From the human T2T-CHM13v2.0 reference genome, Homo sapiens, in NCBI RefSeq assembly GCF_009914755.1, contig NC_060925.1: 64,000 nt of DNA. One strand, written 5' to 3'. The notes below the pieces were generated by a model. It made no database searches. It was not told the origin of the DNA and saw only the letters and a program-made list of their open reading frames with translations. Numbering within the stretch: the first letter of the stretch is position 1; the number at the start of each line of letters is the position of its first letter. The position numbers were made by a program, and so were the translations under genes. Shown piece after piece: positions 1-12,700 of the stretch.

Positions 1-262
1 TTGTAAACAAAATTATTTTCTTAATTTTATTTTTTGGATCCTTTAATGCTATTATTCATAAATACAACACATTTTTCTCTTTTGTTGTTATATCCTACTG
101 TCTTGCTAAACTTGTTTATTAGTTCTAATAATTCTTTTTAGTGAAGTCCTTAGAATTATCTGTATTCAAGATGTCACATACAAATAGAGATAGTTTTACT
201 TCTTCCTTTCCAATATGGATATCTTTTATTTCTTTTTCTTGTCTAATTCCCCTGGCAAGAAA
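1..262 (-). mobile_element. Old L1 (L1M-type) ORF2 fragment
   Basis: Typical antisense L1 text, e.g. 'caaatagagatagttttacttcttcctttccaatatggatatcttttatttctttttcttgtctaatt'. Confidence 0.8.
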
Positions 263-1039
263 CAATTAGATGTAATTTTGATAATATCTATGTACTTTGT
301 CTATGATAATATCAGGCTACTTTCAAATTAAATATTTTGTTTTACTAGACTTTACCTTGGCTGCTGGCTTTTCAAGCATCAGAGATATATAATAGTCAAG
401 CTGCAGAAAGGCAGCCCTGCCAGAGATTTCCATGCAGCATCAGATTGAGACAAATAGAATGAGAATTTAGTCCTCTCTACCCCAGTCTACTTTGAAGATT
501 AGGTAGAAATACAAAGAGAACAGCTAGTGGTTACTGAATGCTTGCTATGTGCAAGGTACTAAGCCAAGAGCTTTTGTCAATAATCTTATTTCTCAAGATA
601 AATCAATGATAGATAAGATTAATATCACAATTTAATACAGAAAGCCAAGTTCAGAGGGACCAAACAAGTTGTAACAAATTATATGGCTAGAGATTGTGGC
701 TGTATGAATAAACAAATGTATGCATGTGAGTGTTTTCCAGAGAGAACAGCGTTATTACCTAAGAGGAACCTTCTACACTAAGAAAGTCTAGGATTTTCTA
801 TAAGAAAAAAGAGGCTGTCTTATCAGTGTTCATAGACCCACTGTTAAAGATACATTCATAATGTCATTGTTAGGGGATAGATGCTCTTAAAAATATTGAC
901 TTCTGCCCTATGAATAGTACTCTAAAGAGTGTATTGTGAGGAAAATAAGCAAATATATGACCCCCTCTAAGTTTAGTAAAGTTCTTCAAAGGTCGCTTTC
1001 CCCATTGACATTATCTGATTTGATCTCATTAATACAATG

Positions 1040-1984
1040 CTTATATTTTAGTTTTTCCTCATATAGACCTTATACATATTTTTCTAGATTTGTACCTAAG
1101 TTTTTTGTGTGTGTTAATGCAAATGGTATTTGTGTTTTTCATTTTAAATTTCAATTGATCATTGCAGTTGTATAAAAAAAGTTGACTTCTGTATGTTAAC
1201 GTTGTGGCCTGCAACTTTGCTATAATTGCTTATTTCCAGGAATTTTGTCAATTCTTGCAGATTTTCTTCATAGGAAATGGTATCATCTGAGGACAAAGAA
1301 TTTTATTTCTTCCTTCTCAACCTGTACACCCTTTATATCCTTTTCTTGTCTTATTCTGTTAGATAGAACTTCCAGAGCAATGCAGAATATAGTGAGAGAG
1401 AATACCCTAACCTCATTCCCAATTTTAGGGGAAAATCATCTAGTTTCTCACCATTAAGTATAATGTTAGCTGGATATTTTTTGGTGATGTTCTTTATCAA
1501 ATTGAAGAAGTTCTCTACTCCTACTTTTCTGAGAGGTTTTATCATAAATTGGTTTTGAATTTTGCCAAATGCTTTTTCTGCATCTATCAGTATTATAATT
1601 TTTCTTCTTAGCCTGCTGATATGATGAATTAATTGATTTTTGGTATCAAACCAGCCTTACATACTCAGAATAAATACTATGTGGCCATGATTTATAGTTG
1701 CTTTTATACATCGTTGGATTTATTTTGCTAATATTTCTTGAGGAGTTTTGTGTCTCTGTTCGTGAAAGACATTGGTTCATAATTTTTTTTTTCTTGTAAT
1801 GTCTCTGGTTTTTTTGGTATTAGGGTAATGCTGGCTTCATAGAATGAGTTCAGAAGTATTCCCTCTGCTTCTATTTTCTGGAAGAGATTACAGGGTATTG
1901 GTATAATTTCTTTCTAAGATATTTGGTAGAATTTTCCAGGAAAACTATCTAGGACTATTGTTTTCTCTTTTGAAAGGATGTTCA
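1040..1984 (-). mobile_element. Old L1 (L1M-type) ORF2 fragment
   Basis: Antisense L1 motifs such as 'gaattttgccaaatgctttttctgcatctat' and 'tttggtattagggtaatgctggcttcatagaatgagtt'. The minus-strand ORF 1351..1545 (ANIILNGEKL..FPL) is L1 ORF2p-like. Confidence 0.85.
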
Positions 1985-2835
1985 AGCTCAGTCGCCCCCG
2001 CCAGCCTGTTCACCGTGTTATCCTGCTGCTCTGCTGCCCCACTCCTCCACCAGTCACGATGGAAGAAGAGATCGCCACGCTTGCCATTGACAATGGCTCC
2101 AGCATGTGCAAAGCTGGCTTTGCTGGGGACGATGCCCCCCAAGCTGTGTTTCCCTCCATCATTGGGCACCCCCGGCACAAGAGCATGATGGTGGGCATGG
2201 GCCAGAAGGACTCCTACGTGGGCGACAAGGCCCAGAGCAAGCCGGCATCCTGACCCTGAAGTACCCCATTGAGCATGGCATCGTCACCAACTGGGACGAC
2301 ATGGAGAAGATCTGGGACCACACCTTCTACAATGAGCTGTGCGTGGCCCTGGAGGAGCACCCAGTGCTGCTGATCGAGGCCTGCCCGAACCCCAAGGCCA
2401 ACAGAGAGAAGATGACTCAGATCATGTTTGAGACCTTCAACTCCCCGGCCATGTATGTGGCCATCCAGCCCGTGCTATCCCTCTACGCCTCTGGGCGCAC
2501 CAGTGGCATTGTCAGGGACTCTGGAGATGGGGTCAGGGTCACTCACACGGTGCCCATCTACGTGGGCTATGCCCTCCCACATGCCGTCCTGCATCTGGAC
2601 CTGGCTGGCAGGGACCTGACAGGCTACCTCATGAAGATCCTCACCGAGCGTGGCTACAGCTTCACCACCTCGGCCCAGCGGGAGATCATGCCCCACATCA
2701 GGGAGAAGCTGTGCTACATCACCCTGGACTTCGAGAAGGAGATGGCCACGGCCGCATCTTCCTCCTCCCTGGAGAAGAGCTAGAGCTGCCCAATGGCCAG
2801 GTCATCACCATCGGCAATAAGCCATCCCGGTGCCA
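1985..2835 (+). pseudogene. ACTG1: Processed gamma-cytoplasmic actin pseudogene, 3'-truncated
   Basis: ACTG1-like 5' UTR, then ATG at 2059 encoding [27 protein letters not shown] (MEEEI = gamma; beta is MDDDI). Intronless. 1-nt deletion near 2240, 6-nt duplication (GDGVRVTH), and TAG at 2781-2783 from another 1-nt deletion. Homology stops near codon 257 of 375. The symbol is the parent gene. Confidence 0.95.
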
Positions 2836-3697
2836 CTAATGTGGCAAAGCCAAAATTTTAACCAAATCTGATTTCAGTGCTCTGACCCAGAAAGTTCTTA
2901 TGCTCACATCAGCTATTCAGATGTTAACATTTGGTATTTTAAATTACAGAATGATACATATCTGAGATAGACCTCTTCAAGTCTTCCTTATAAATTAGAA
3001 ACTAAAGATTTTTCAAACAGAAATACTTTCAACTTTTCAAGAAGCTTTAATTTTGTCTCATAAGATGTGAATCGACTGGATCTGTTATTTAGAATGATTA
3101 GCACACTGGGAGTACTGGCAGCAAAGCCTTTGAAATTGATAAAAATATGTGCTGTAATCGGACAGAGATCATCCATTTGTTACGCCATTCCAAAGTTCCC
3201 TGTTATTGCCTGTGACATTTCCCAAATCATCTAGAGATTCAAGCTGTTAGAACAGTTTCTTTTATCAGTCATCTCCAGAGGCTCATCAAACTGAGAATTG
3301 TATAATTTTGTATTTTTAAATCCATGTGGCACTTGCCACAGACAGAACCTTTGGAAGATGATATTGTTGGTGTCTAGCCTTTGGTTAAGATCAACACTTG
3401 ATGGGTGATTTTTAATATTAATAAAAACAGCTAGCTTAATGTTAAGTCTTTGTTCTTTTAAAAGACTGAAGAGAAGAGAAATAGAGTAACTACACTTGTG
3501 ATATCACCTAGTATATATTAATACATTAAATATGAAAATTCAGTGAAAACTCTACTTTCAAATTTTATTCTTAATATCCATTACCCACATTTATACTTTG
3601 TCATTATGTGTTTATAATTATATCTAATTTCATGTTGGTGTGGGTATCTTCACAAACATCTAATAGACATAGAGTTTTTAAAAAAATGGTATGTGTT

Positions 3698-3992
3698 GGC
3701 CGGGTGCAGTGGCTCACACCTGTAATCCCAGCACTCTGGGAGGCCAAAGCTGGCGGATTGCCTGAGCTCAGGAGTTCGAGACCAGCCTGGGTAACACGGT
3801 GAAACCCTGTCTCTACTAAAATACAGAAAATTAGCCAGGCATGGTGGCATGTGCCTGTAGTCCCAGCTACTCGGGAGGTGAGGCAGGAGAATTGCTTGAA
3901 AACAGGAGGTGAGGTTGCAGTGAGCTGAGATTGTGCCACTGCACTCCAGCCTGGGCGACAGAGCAAGACTCCATCTGCCCCCCCCAAAAAAA
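3698..3992 (+). mobile_element. Alu (AluS-type), full length, with a C-run at the start of the tail
   Basis: Runs from GGCCGGGTGCAGTGGCTCAC to GACTCCATCT, dimeric, with an imperfect TSD (aaaatggtatgtgt / aaataatatgtgt). Confidence 0.95.
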
Positions 3993-4529
3993 TAATATGT
4001 GTATTCTTTCAATTTTTTTCCCCTTTAGGTTTACAAAGAAATAATATTGCCTCAGATGACCACTTCTTTGTTATTGTTCTTTACAGGATGAATAAAGAAA
4101 CATCAACATTGTTAAAGAAAACCCAGTGAAAAATATAGCTAACAAGTTTCTAAAAACTCTCACTAATCCCAAGAACTAGACTACAACCTGATTAGCTTGT
4201 ATGTGTGCTGGTTCCAGTTTCTAGACTTAATATTATACTGGTGAGAGCAGCAGTATTGGTTTCTAGAGATTACCAATTTATAAAGTGTTATATTGCTGTT
4301 ACACTGTTCACATGGGTTTGGAGAAACTGGGAAAGCATCATTACCCATCTTCCAAATTCCCATTACATTTTTTCCTATAGCTTTTCTTTATTTTATTTTC
4401 TTATAGGTAAAATGGAATGGCAGAGCAGTGTGTTTCTGAGAGTTCCATTGCTTCTGAAGTGATACTTGATACCTGATAATGGATTCTGTTCTTTGTTGAC
4501 ATTTGGAAAATCACTTTCTTAATTCATTA

Positions 4530-4720
4530 CAGAACAGGAGCATGGTTAAGAACACAGTCTGATGCCAGACAGCCAGGTGCAATCCCAGCTGTGCCACATA
4601 TGAGTTGCATAATTTCAAGCCAGTCACTTAACATATTTTAGTTTCCTAACCTGTAAATGGGCATATAGTATTACTTATATCTGGCTCATTGGAAATATTA
4701 AATAAATATTAGTTTATTAT
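4530..4720. mobile_element. MIR fragment
   Basis: Degenerate MIR core: 'cagtcacttaac...gtttcctaacctgtaaatgggcata'. Confidence 0.55.
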
Positions 4721-4815
4721 GAATGATAGTATTTATTCCCAACCCATGAGTAGTAGTGTATTTTTTATGTTCCTGATCTAGCTGATAGAAAAGTCGATTG
4801 GGTTTGTAACTTTGA

Positions 4816-5155
<340 letters not shown>

Positions 5156-6989
5156 TTCACTGTGTATTTTTTTAAAGGAGGTCATGAAGGAGCCAATATT
5201 TAGATTAGTTTTATAGTGTGTTTGATTTCAGAAAATGTTTTGAGTCCTGCAATGTAAGTTAATTAAAAAAAAAAAAAGAGACACCCAGCAAATCTTGGGC
5301 TTTTTGAAAACCGGGATCATATCTCCAGAACACTTGAGAAACGTTTTTCCACTCAGGAAGAAACATGCCAAGTTCAATTGTTCTTAGGTAATTTAAGCTA
5401 AAAGAATCTGATTTCTCCAAAGGAAATGTGGTCAAGACAAATAATCTGTACTCATACAGAAAGTGCCAGGGAATCCATTGTAGATACTGCTTTTCAGGAG
5501 CTGAGTGAAGTGAGTTTAGAAAGTATGAATTTGGATTGCCTGGTCAGTCTTATACCCTCTAAGTGGCTGCATAAGCACAAATTAGGAAAGCATTATTCAT
5601 GAAAGATAGACTCCACTCCAAATGAATGTGTAACTATTAGATCCATCCAAAAGAAACTTCCCTCGAATTCCCTTTGTCTCGATTTATGCTTTCGGCATTT
5701 CTAGACACATCTCAGTGTTAAAATCTCTCTTCCATACAATTAGCTTGTATAGCTGCTGGGGTAGAATATGATATCTGCTCTTCCAGTCCCAAGAGTAATT
5801 TCTGGACCAAGCATTGCAGTGGAGATGTACGTGCAATGCAAGGTACAGGAATGCACTTTGATGATTTTCCACCTATGCAGATTACGTGCTCCATGTGAAA
5901 CTTTACTTTCTGCTTTGGCATGAGAGATACTGAAATATGGTGGGGTTAGAAGTTAAACAATAAAAGTTTGGCCACTCCCTAGTATCAGTGAAGGGTGACA
6001 CCAGCTTTTCATGGCTCACAGCATTGGTTGGAGAATAGAATAACCTCTTCAATAAAGTTTAAGGTTATACAAAGTAAGTCTCAAGCCAGATTTGTTCACT
6101 GGATATTTACTATATGTGGCAGGCATTGCCCTGGGAGCTGTGGTGCGTGTGAACAAGATGGGGTCCCTGCCCTGGATGGGAGCAGGAGAAACATTCTGAA
6201 GGGATGTAGGAATGGGAAATGCATCCTGGTAGATTGCAGTACATCAATAAAACTTCCTAATAACCCCGAGGAAAAGAAAGGCTAAACAACAGGCCCAACA
6301 TGACAAGTGACAGTGTTAGAAAAGAGATAAGACTGAGTACATTAATAATGAGTATTAAATAAACATCAGAGATAAAAAAGACTACAATTCAGCTAAATCA
6401 CGTCGATCTGTGGAAATGAATTCTAGGCTGTGCATTACTGAGAAGATGGGACTTTATTTGGTTTCCGTAGGATACAAACAATGAAAAAGGAGAATATGTG
6501 CATGAGAGAGGACAGGTTAAGAGGGGTGGACAGAAAGAGAGAGAGAGAAAGGGAGAAACGGAGAATTGCAGGTGGACAGTAAAGAACAAAAGATTTCGGA
6601 GGTAGGAAAGGCCTCATTGCATCCAGAGGATGTTCAGTGAAGGACAAAGCTGGAGCCCTGGGTTGATGGGAGGTGAAAAACCTGGAGGTGCATCTTGTGG
6701 CTAGAAGGTTAAAGTCCTTGGAGAAATGAGCCTTTGGAAGGTTTTGCAGAGGGTAGTTTTTGGAGATTACTTCTCGGGAAAGAAGTGAATTTAGGAGATG
6801 AGGAAGTGTGGGTCTGAATTGCCTGATCTTATCTTGTCCTCTAGAAGTGGAAGAGTGGTTTAGGGTGATTAACTTGTGTGCATGATAGATTAGAATGGCA
6901 GCCGAGCGGGCACAGTTATCAGTCTATGGTGTAAGTCCAGATGAGAAGAGAAAATGTCTGGGAAAGGCTGGTATGGTGGTGATAGCTAA

Positions 6990-7465
6990 TTGTGTACCCC
7001 TCCATCCATCATCCCCTTCCTTCATAGGAACGGAAACCTAATTTTCTGCTGGGCACAGTTCCAGCCAGCTCTAAAACATCATGTTTTTCACACTCCTTGC
7101 AATTGCATGTGGCACGTGGCTGAATTCTGTCCAGTGAGATGTAAGAAATATGTATGGACTGCCAGAAAAGGATGCTGTCTGTTTTCATTGCCTTCCTCCT
7201 GGCTTGGAAGGGGCTATATGATAGCTGGAGATCTGCCTGCTCTCCTGGACCACAAAGTGCCCCAAAGATAGCAAAATGTGTGAGGATGGCAGCTTAGAAA
7301 GGAAGGGAGGACACAGCTCCTGATCACTTCACAGGGCTGCCACAGCGGTTCTGGATGCCTAATCAGGATTATTTTTTATGGGGGAAAAAATAAATGTTTA
7401 CCTTGTTTGGGCCTCTTTTACTTGGAGTTTTTCTATGTTAAGAAACCAGACTTGACCCCAACTAA
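6990..7465 (+). mobile_element. MaLR LTR (MLT1-type), degenerate
   Basis: MLT1-like text such as 'catgtggcacgtggctgaattctgtccagtgagatgtaag' and an 'aaataaat...cttgttt' 3' region. Confidence 0.5.
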
Positions 7466-7882
7466 GAAAATGTTAAGTGACAGAAGGTGAAGAAATGGTA
7501 GATAAAAAAACTATTCATTAGCATTAGTTGGAGAAGTGACAGGTTGTTCCAGCCACAGCTTCTATTTTGTCAACATGGCCTCCTTGACATTTCAAAGCAT
7601 GGGAGAGAAGGCAGATTCCTAGTTGTGCTCATGCAACTTAGAAAGCATGATTAAGCTTAGGCTGCTCAGATGCATCCTGGGAGGAGGTACTTGTGAGTGC
7701 TTATGCTCAGGTTAAGAGATGATTTTCCTGAAGTTTGTATGTATTAGGTCTCTTTTTCACATTACAGTATTCTTCTCCTTCCCCTCCCCATTCAGATACT
7801 TCCTCAGCTACTGTGACTCTTATATATTTTTGGCATCTTATGACACTATAGACTGATACTACAGATTCTTTCAGGAAGAAAA

Positions 7883-7946
7883 TAGAGATGGGGGTCTTGC
7901 TATGTTACCAAAGCTGGTCTCAAACTCCTGGCCTCAAGTGATCCTC
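7883..7946 (-). mobile_element. Short Alu/FLAM fragment
   Basis: 'tagagatgggggtcttgctatgtt...gctggtctcaaactcctggcctcaagtgatcctc'. Confidence 0.85.
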
Positions 7947-9319
7947 AAGCATTTTTACTTTTGATACCCCCAAATCACAAGGAATCCTTTAACGAGACCA
8001 AAGTCAATGAGGGCTGCAAAACACCTCCTGATGCTTGTCTACTTAAACTAGAAGTAGGCGGCAAAAAGCGATTTATCCTAAGGGTTTTAATCCAGATCTT
8101 ATATAGTGAGATGTGCCTAGAGCAGTATGGCATCAGTAGCAGCATGAAGAATTTGAACCGCTGAACAAGAAACTTAACAAGAACTTAAGTAGGTGTGACT
8201 CAGAGATGTTGGTCTCATTAGTGGGAAAGGCAGCAGATTGTATAAAGATGCCATTTGGTTTAGACATGTTGGATTTGGTCTAGACATGTTGGATTTCAGA
8301 TGATGCAACATATTCATATGGAAATGTCTAGTATAATTATAGAACCAGACAATGTAAGCATTGCAGGAGACCAGGCCACCAGTGGTCATCTTCTCCATGC
8401 TTGTACACCTACACATTGCAAGAAACTCATTAATCAGCTAGCTCATCCTTTTACTTGGCTGGCTGACCCACAGGCCAGGCTTTTCATGGCTGTTTCTGTT
8501 TCTCCTGACCTGATTTCCCTGAACACAGTTAATGGGCCCAGGGTGGACACCTGACCAAGACTGGTCCACTGAGATTCTTTCTCAGAAATTTGGAATTCAG
8601 ACTGACATCCATCATATCAGTTTCTTTAAAGAGTGGCTGTATCCTACCCTGGGGGCTGGAAGCAAAAGACAGACAAACATTGGTTAAAAAAAAAACAAAC
8701 CTCTGGAAAATTTTGCTATTTCTGATTCTTGCCCCTTCCTGAGGCTCAGCAAAATCCATCCTTTGTGGTTCCATGGAATTTCCCACTTTTCTCATAATAA
8801 AACCTTTATTGCTCCAGGTGCCTCAAATTGGTTTCGCTTAACTTGCCACCAAATGATCTTTACAAAGAACACATAGAATATGAACATTCTTTAGTATTAC
8901 CATGGTCTGAGCACCTGGCAGGGGTCACAAAGAACCCTAGCGGAAACACATCGGACAGAACATGATGGCATTTTTTCCAAGTCACAAGGACAGGTCACAG
9001 GTGCACCCAGGACTCACTTGTCCTCTTTGCATACTGTGTCTAGCTGACTACCAAAGCCTTGGAAAGGTGCCAACATGCCAGTACTTCCTATCTACTTTGA
9101 CATGATACACTACTAAATATGGGTAGGTTTTGATGTAATAACCTGATATTTTGGTTGTGGGGAATTACCAAATTGGAAAAGAGAGAGCCCACACCAAAAG
9201 CAGGGTAATCAGGCAACAACTGAACCACGGAGGATTTCTCAAGGAAAATGCAGTGCTCTTCATTGATTTGGCAGCAAACAAATTCCAAGTGTTTCATGTT
9301 TCTCCTCTGGGTTGCCATG

Positions 9320-10189
9320 TGTATTAGTCTGTTCTCATGCTGCTTATAAAGAACTACACATGACTGGGTAATTTATAAAGAAAAGAGGTTTAATTCACTC
9401 ACAGTTCTGCCGGGCTGGGGAGGCCTCAGGAAAGTTATGACTATGGTAGAAGGGGAAGCAAACATGTCCTTCACATGGTGGCAGAAAGGAGAAGAATGAG
9501 TGCCGAGACCAGCTCGGTCATAGAGACCCTAACCCAGCGGCACTAGAGGAATTAAGACAAAGACACAGAAATAGAGTGCAGAGTCGGAATCGTGGGCCCA
9601 CAGCCTTCAGAGCTGAGAGCCACGAACAGAGTTTGACCCACATATTTATTGACAGCAAGCCAGTGATAAGCATTATTTCTATGGATTATAGATTAGCTAA
9701 AAGCATTCCTTACGGGAAACAAAGGGACAGACTCTGGCTTGTTATCCATAGCAGGAAGATGTCCTTAAGGCACAGATCGCTCATGCTATTGTTTGTGGTT
9801 TAGGAAAGCCTTGAGCGGTTTTCTGCCCTGGGTGGGCCAGGTGTTCCTTGGCCTCATTCTGGTAAACCAACAACCTCCAGTGTGGGCGTCATAGCCATCA
9901 TGAGCATGTCACAGTGCTGCAGAGATTTTGTTTATGGCTAGTTTCTCATGGCCTGTTTATGGCCAGATTTGGGGGGACTGTTCCTAGCAGGAGCTGAGCC
10001 AAAGGGGAAACCCCTTATAAAACCATAAGATTTTGTGAGAACTTACTCACCATCATGAGAACAGCAGCATGGGGGCAATTGCTTCCATGATTCAACCACC
10101 TTATGCTGGGTGCCTCCCATGACCTATGGGGATTATGGGAATTATAATTCAAGATGAGATTTGGGTGAGGACACAGCCAACCCATATCA
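9320..10189 (-). mobile_element. THE1/MST (MaLR) solo LTR, interrupted by MER9
   Basis: Starts tgtattagtctgttctcatgctgct and ends acacagccaacccatatca. Perfect 5-bp TSD CCATG at 9315-9319 and 10190-10194. Confidence 0.92.
9501..9989 (-). mobile_element. MER9 solo LTR (HERV-K HML-3)
   Basis: The reverse strand begins TGCTAGGAACAGTCCCCCCAAATCTGGCCATAAAC...AAAATCTCTGCAGCACTGTGACATG and ends GCTGGTCTCGGCA, the MER9 signature. Confidence 0.88.
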
Positions 10190-10605
10190 CCATGTATGTA
10201 CATCTGTGTTCTCTTAGGCATTAAAGATGCTGCCTCTGGGCATGGAAGGCTTTACTTTTACAAATTTAGGAGTGAAACATCAACATAGAAACAGGGAAGC
10301 AAAGCAGCTTAGTTTTTAGAATGACTTCAACTTTGTTCTCTGCTTTCTGTAAATCAATCAATGAAAGAATGTCTAAAAACTTTGAGACAGACGGGATTCA
10401 AAATGTTTTATGATTCATAATGTGCTTCAAATGTTAGCTGACTACCAAAAGCTGCAGTACATATCAGGCTTTGAAGCACCCCTCTCTCCTTGCCCCATCC
10501 TTACTTCCTCATTTTCCTAGGGGTAAAAGATAGGGAAGGAGTAATATTCATACGTTATGTTGGATATGTAATGTTCTGTAGCCAGAAGCCAGGCAGTGAA
10601 ATGTA

Positions 10606-10680
10606 TAGGGTTGGTACAACAGTAATCAAGGTTTTTGCCCAAGTAATGGCAAAAACCTCAATTGCTTTTGCACCAACCAA
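10606..10680. mobile_element. MADE1 (Hsmar1-derived MITE)
   Basis: Near-palindrome tagggttggtacaacagtaatcaaggtttttgcc...ggcaaaaacctcaattgcttttgcaccaaccaa, flanked by TA. Confidence 0.9.
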
Positions 10681-11620
10681 TATTAAGATGAGAGCTAGAA
10701 TTAAGATGTTTCCTTGGTCATTCATTGTAAAAAATTGATGATTATTCTACTAGAAGTGCACATTTAAAATTCTTTCATGTATAATAAATTGCTAGTCATG
10801 AAGTGTAAAGAACTACAAGAAGTGTAAACATGTCAGTTTTTCACAGAGATGAATATTAATGAAGGACATAACCCTTGTTTACATATTTAGACAAAATTGT
10901 GAGATTTCTTGACTTGCTATTACCTTAGCAAATCTCAAAAGTGATTAACGGTTATTTCTCTTTGCTTTTTAAAAAATAGTGTTTGGCCTGATTTTGCTGT
11001 TGGATGGGGCCATCCAAGGGTCACAATAATAGGAGAGTTTTATTTTGGGATGATTTAGACTTCTTTGCATACTACTTTTTGCATGGTAACACATTATTCT
11101 GCTTTAGAAAGATTTTGCAAATTCCCCATGTTTCAGAAAGAGTCAAAGCAAATGCCCAGTTTTTTCCCTCAGGGTGTTTAGTTGGGACCCAAAGAATGAC
11201 AGGGGAGGGGACGGCCACCTTACAGACCGTGGACATATAGGACAGAGCAGCCTTTAATTATCAAAATGCTCATCAAACAACTGGTGCAAGTCTACATTAT
11301 AAAGTGGGCTGGCAGATTTATTTCCAAATGTGTTTTTCTTCTCGTTTTGTTTTTGGTTCATTTGAGGCAAAGAATGTTCCATTGGTTACCTGATTAAACA
11401 TAAAATTGCTGTTTTCTTAGATTGCCTATTATCAGAGGTAGGTATTAAGCTAGCTGTTAATGGTTTGAAATTATTCAAGTTGTGAAAGTGCTATAGATTC
11501 GTGAATATTCAGTTCTTGGAAGACTAGAATACATAAAGGAGCTCATTCCTGTGCAGAGGATAAGAACTGGATAAGGGGAAGTGTTGGTTATTCAGGGACA
11601 GTTTTTTTTTAATTGTTGAC

Positions 11621-11660
11621 TATATACATATACCTATATATATATAGGTATATGTATATA
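11621..11660. repeat. Perfect 40-bp AT-rich palindrome
   Basis: TATATACATATACCTATATA followed directly by TATATAGGTATATGTATATA, its exact reverse complement. Confidence 0.95.
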
Positions 11661-12527
11661 TGTATATAGTTAACTACATATATTTTTAGGTATTTAAAAA
11701 TAACATTTTAAGTTAAAAATGTTGCATATTATAGTTAAATTCTATACCTCAAATCACATGGGATGTATTAATTTTGCTTTCAGCTTAGTTCCTCTTTACT
11801 CATTTGGGCAGTTTAGGTCATAGTACATGTAATATATGATTCTCTGCCAAATAGTATAAAACAAATTTATGTAAATTTTTCCAAAGTACAAAAGTACTTC
11901 ACAGAGTGATACGATCAGTGAAGGAAGGATGTCTAAAAAAGTTTGGGAAATGCTATGTTTTGTGTTCTCTCTTTGGGATTCACAAAGTTAATTCTCAGAA
12001 GTCTTTTAATAAAAAAGGTGTTTAGCTAGAGATTTGCCAAGCAAAAACCTTCTCTGAAGTACTGTCTATGAATATCTCCCAGAAGCTTTGGGAAATGCTG
12101 CTGGAAAGCATGGTAATTTGATCAACTCTTGTGCTGAGGCCTCTTATAGAAGTCAAATAGCACACAGTGAAACTGTCTTGATGATGAGCCCACTCAGACA
12201 TTGGTATTCTCTTGTCCCATTAGCTAGATTTCTGCCTTAAGTTGTTCTCTGTTTGTTGCTCTTGTTTTTGAGTTACTTTTTAAAGTCCTAAACTAGGTCA
12301 CTACTGGCTGCTCCATAACAAAATCCCCAATTGACACCCTAGACCTCTTATGAATAGGACTCTTTCCTCTGAGCCCATGTGCTCTTGGGACCAGCTCCCG
12401 AGGGCATGACTCTGGACATAGTGATAGGCTGCCTGCCTACTTGCATGTCTGCATATTACTTGCCAGTTAAACCACCATGAATAGCCTGGGTTTCTTGTGT
12501 TTGTGCAAAACCATAGATATTGGATGT

Positions 12528-12700
12528 CATTCATTTAACACATATTTATTGAGTGTCTACTCTGTGTCAGACATTCTTCTAGACTCTGAGTACACCAGGG
12601 AATATATCAGATAACTTCTCTGCTGTAATGATACTGATGGTTGGGGAGCCAGGTAACAAACACATCGGTAAACAGTGATGTATGCTGTGAATTGGATATG
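12528..12700 (-). mobile_element. L2 3' end fragment
   Basis: 'cattcatttaacacatatttattgagtgtctactctgtgtcagacatt'. Confidence 0.75.

Noticed and set aside
1-1380. Segmental duplication between 1-260 and 1130-1380
   Set aside because: The similarity is at the level of two independent old L1 copies covering the same ORF2 segment.
2106-2783. 225-aa ORF as a functional actin gene
   Set aside because: It has a non-ATG start and an out-of-frame N-terminus, with frameshifts, a premature stop and a missing C-terminal third.
8254-8296. 20-bp tandem duplication (tttggt.tagacatgttgga)
   Set aside because: It is an ordinary slippage duplication within a degenerate L2-like fragment.
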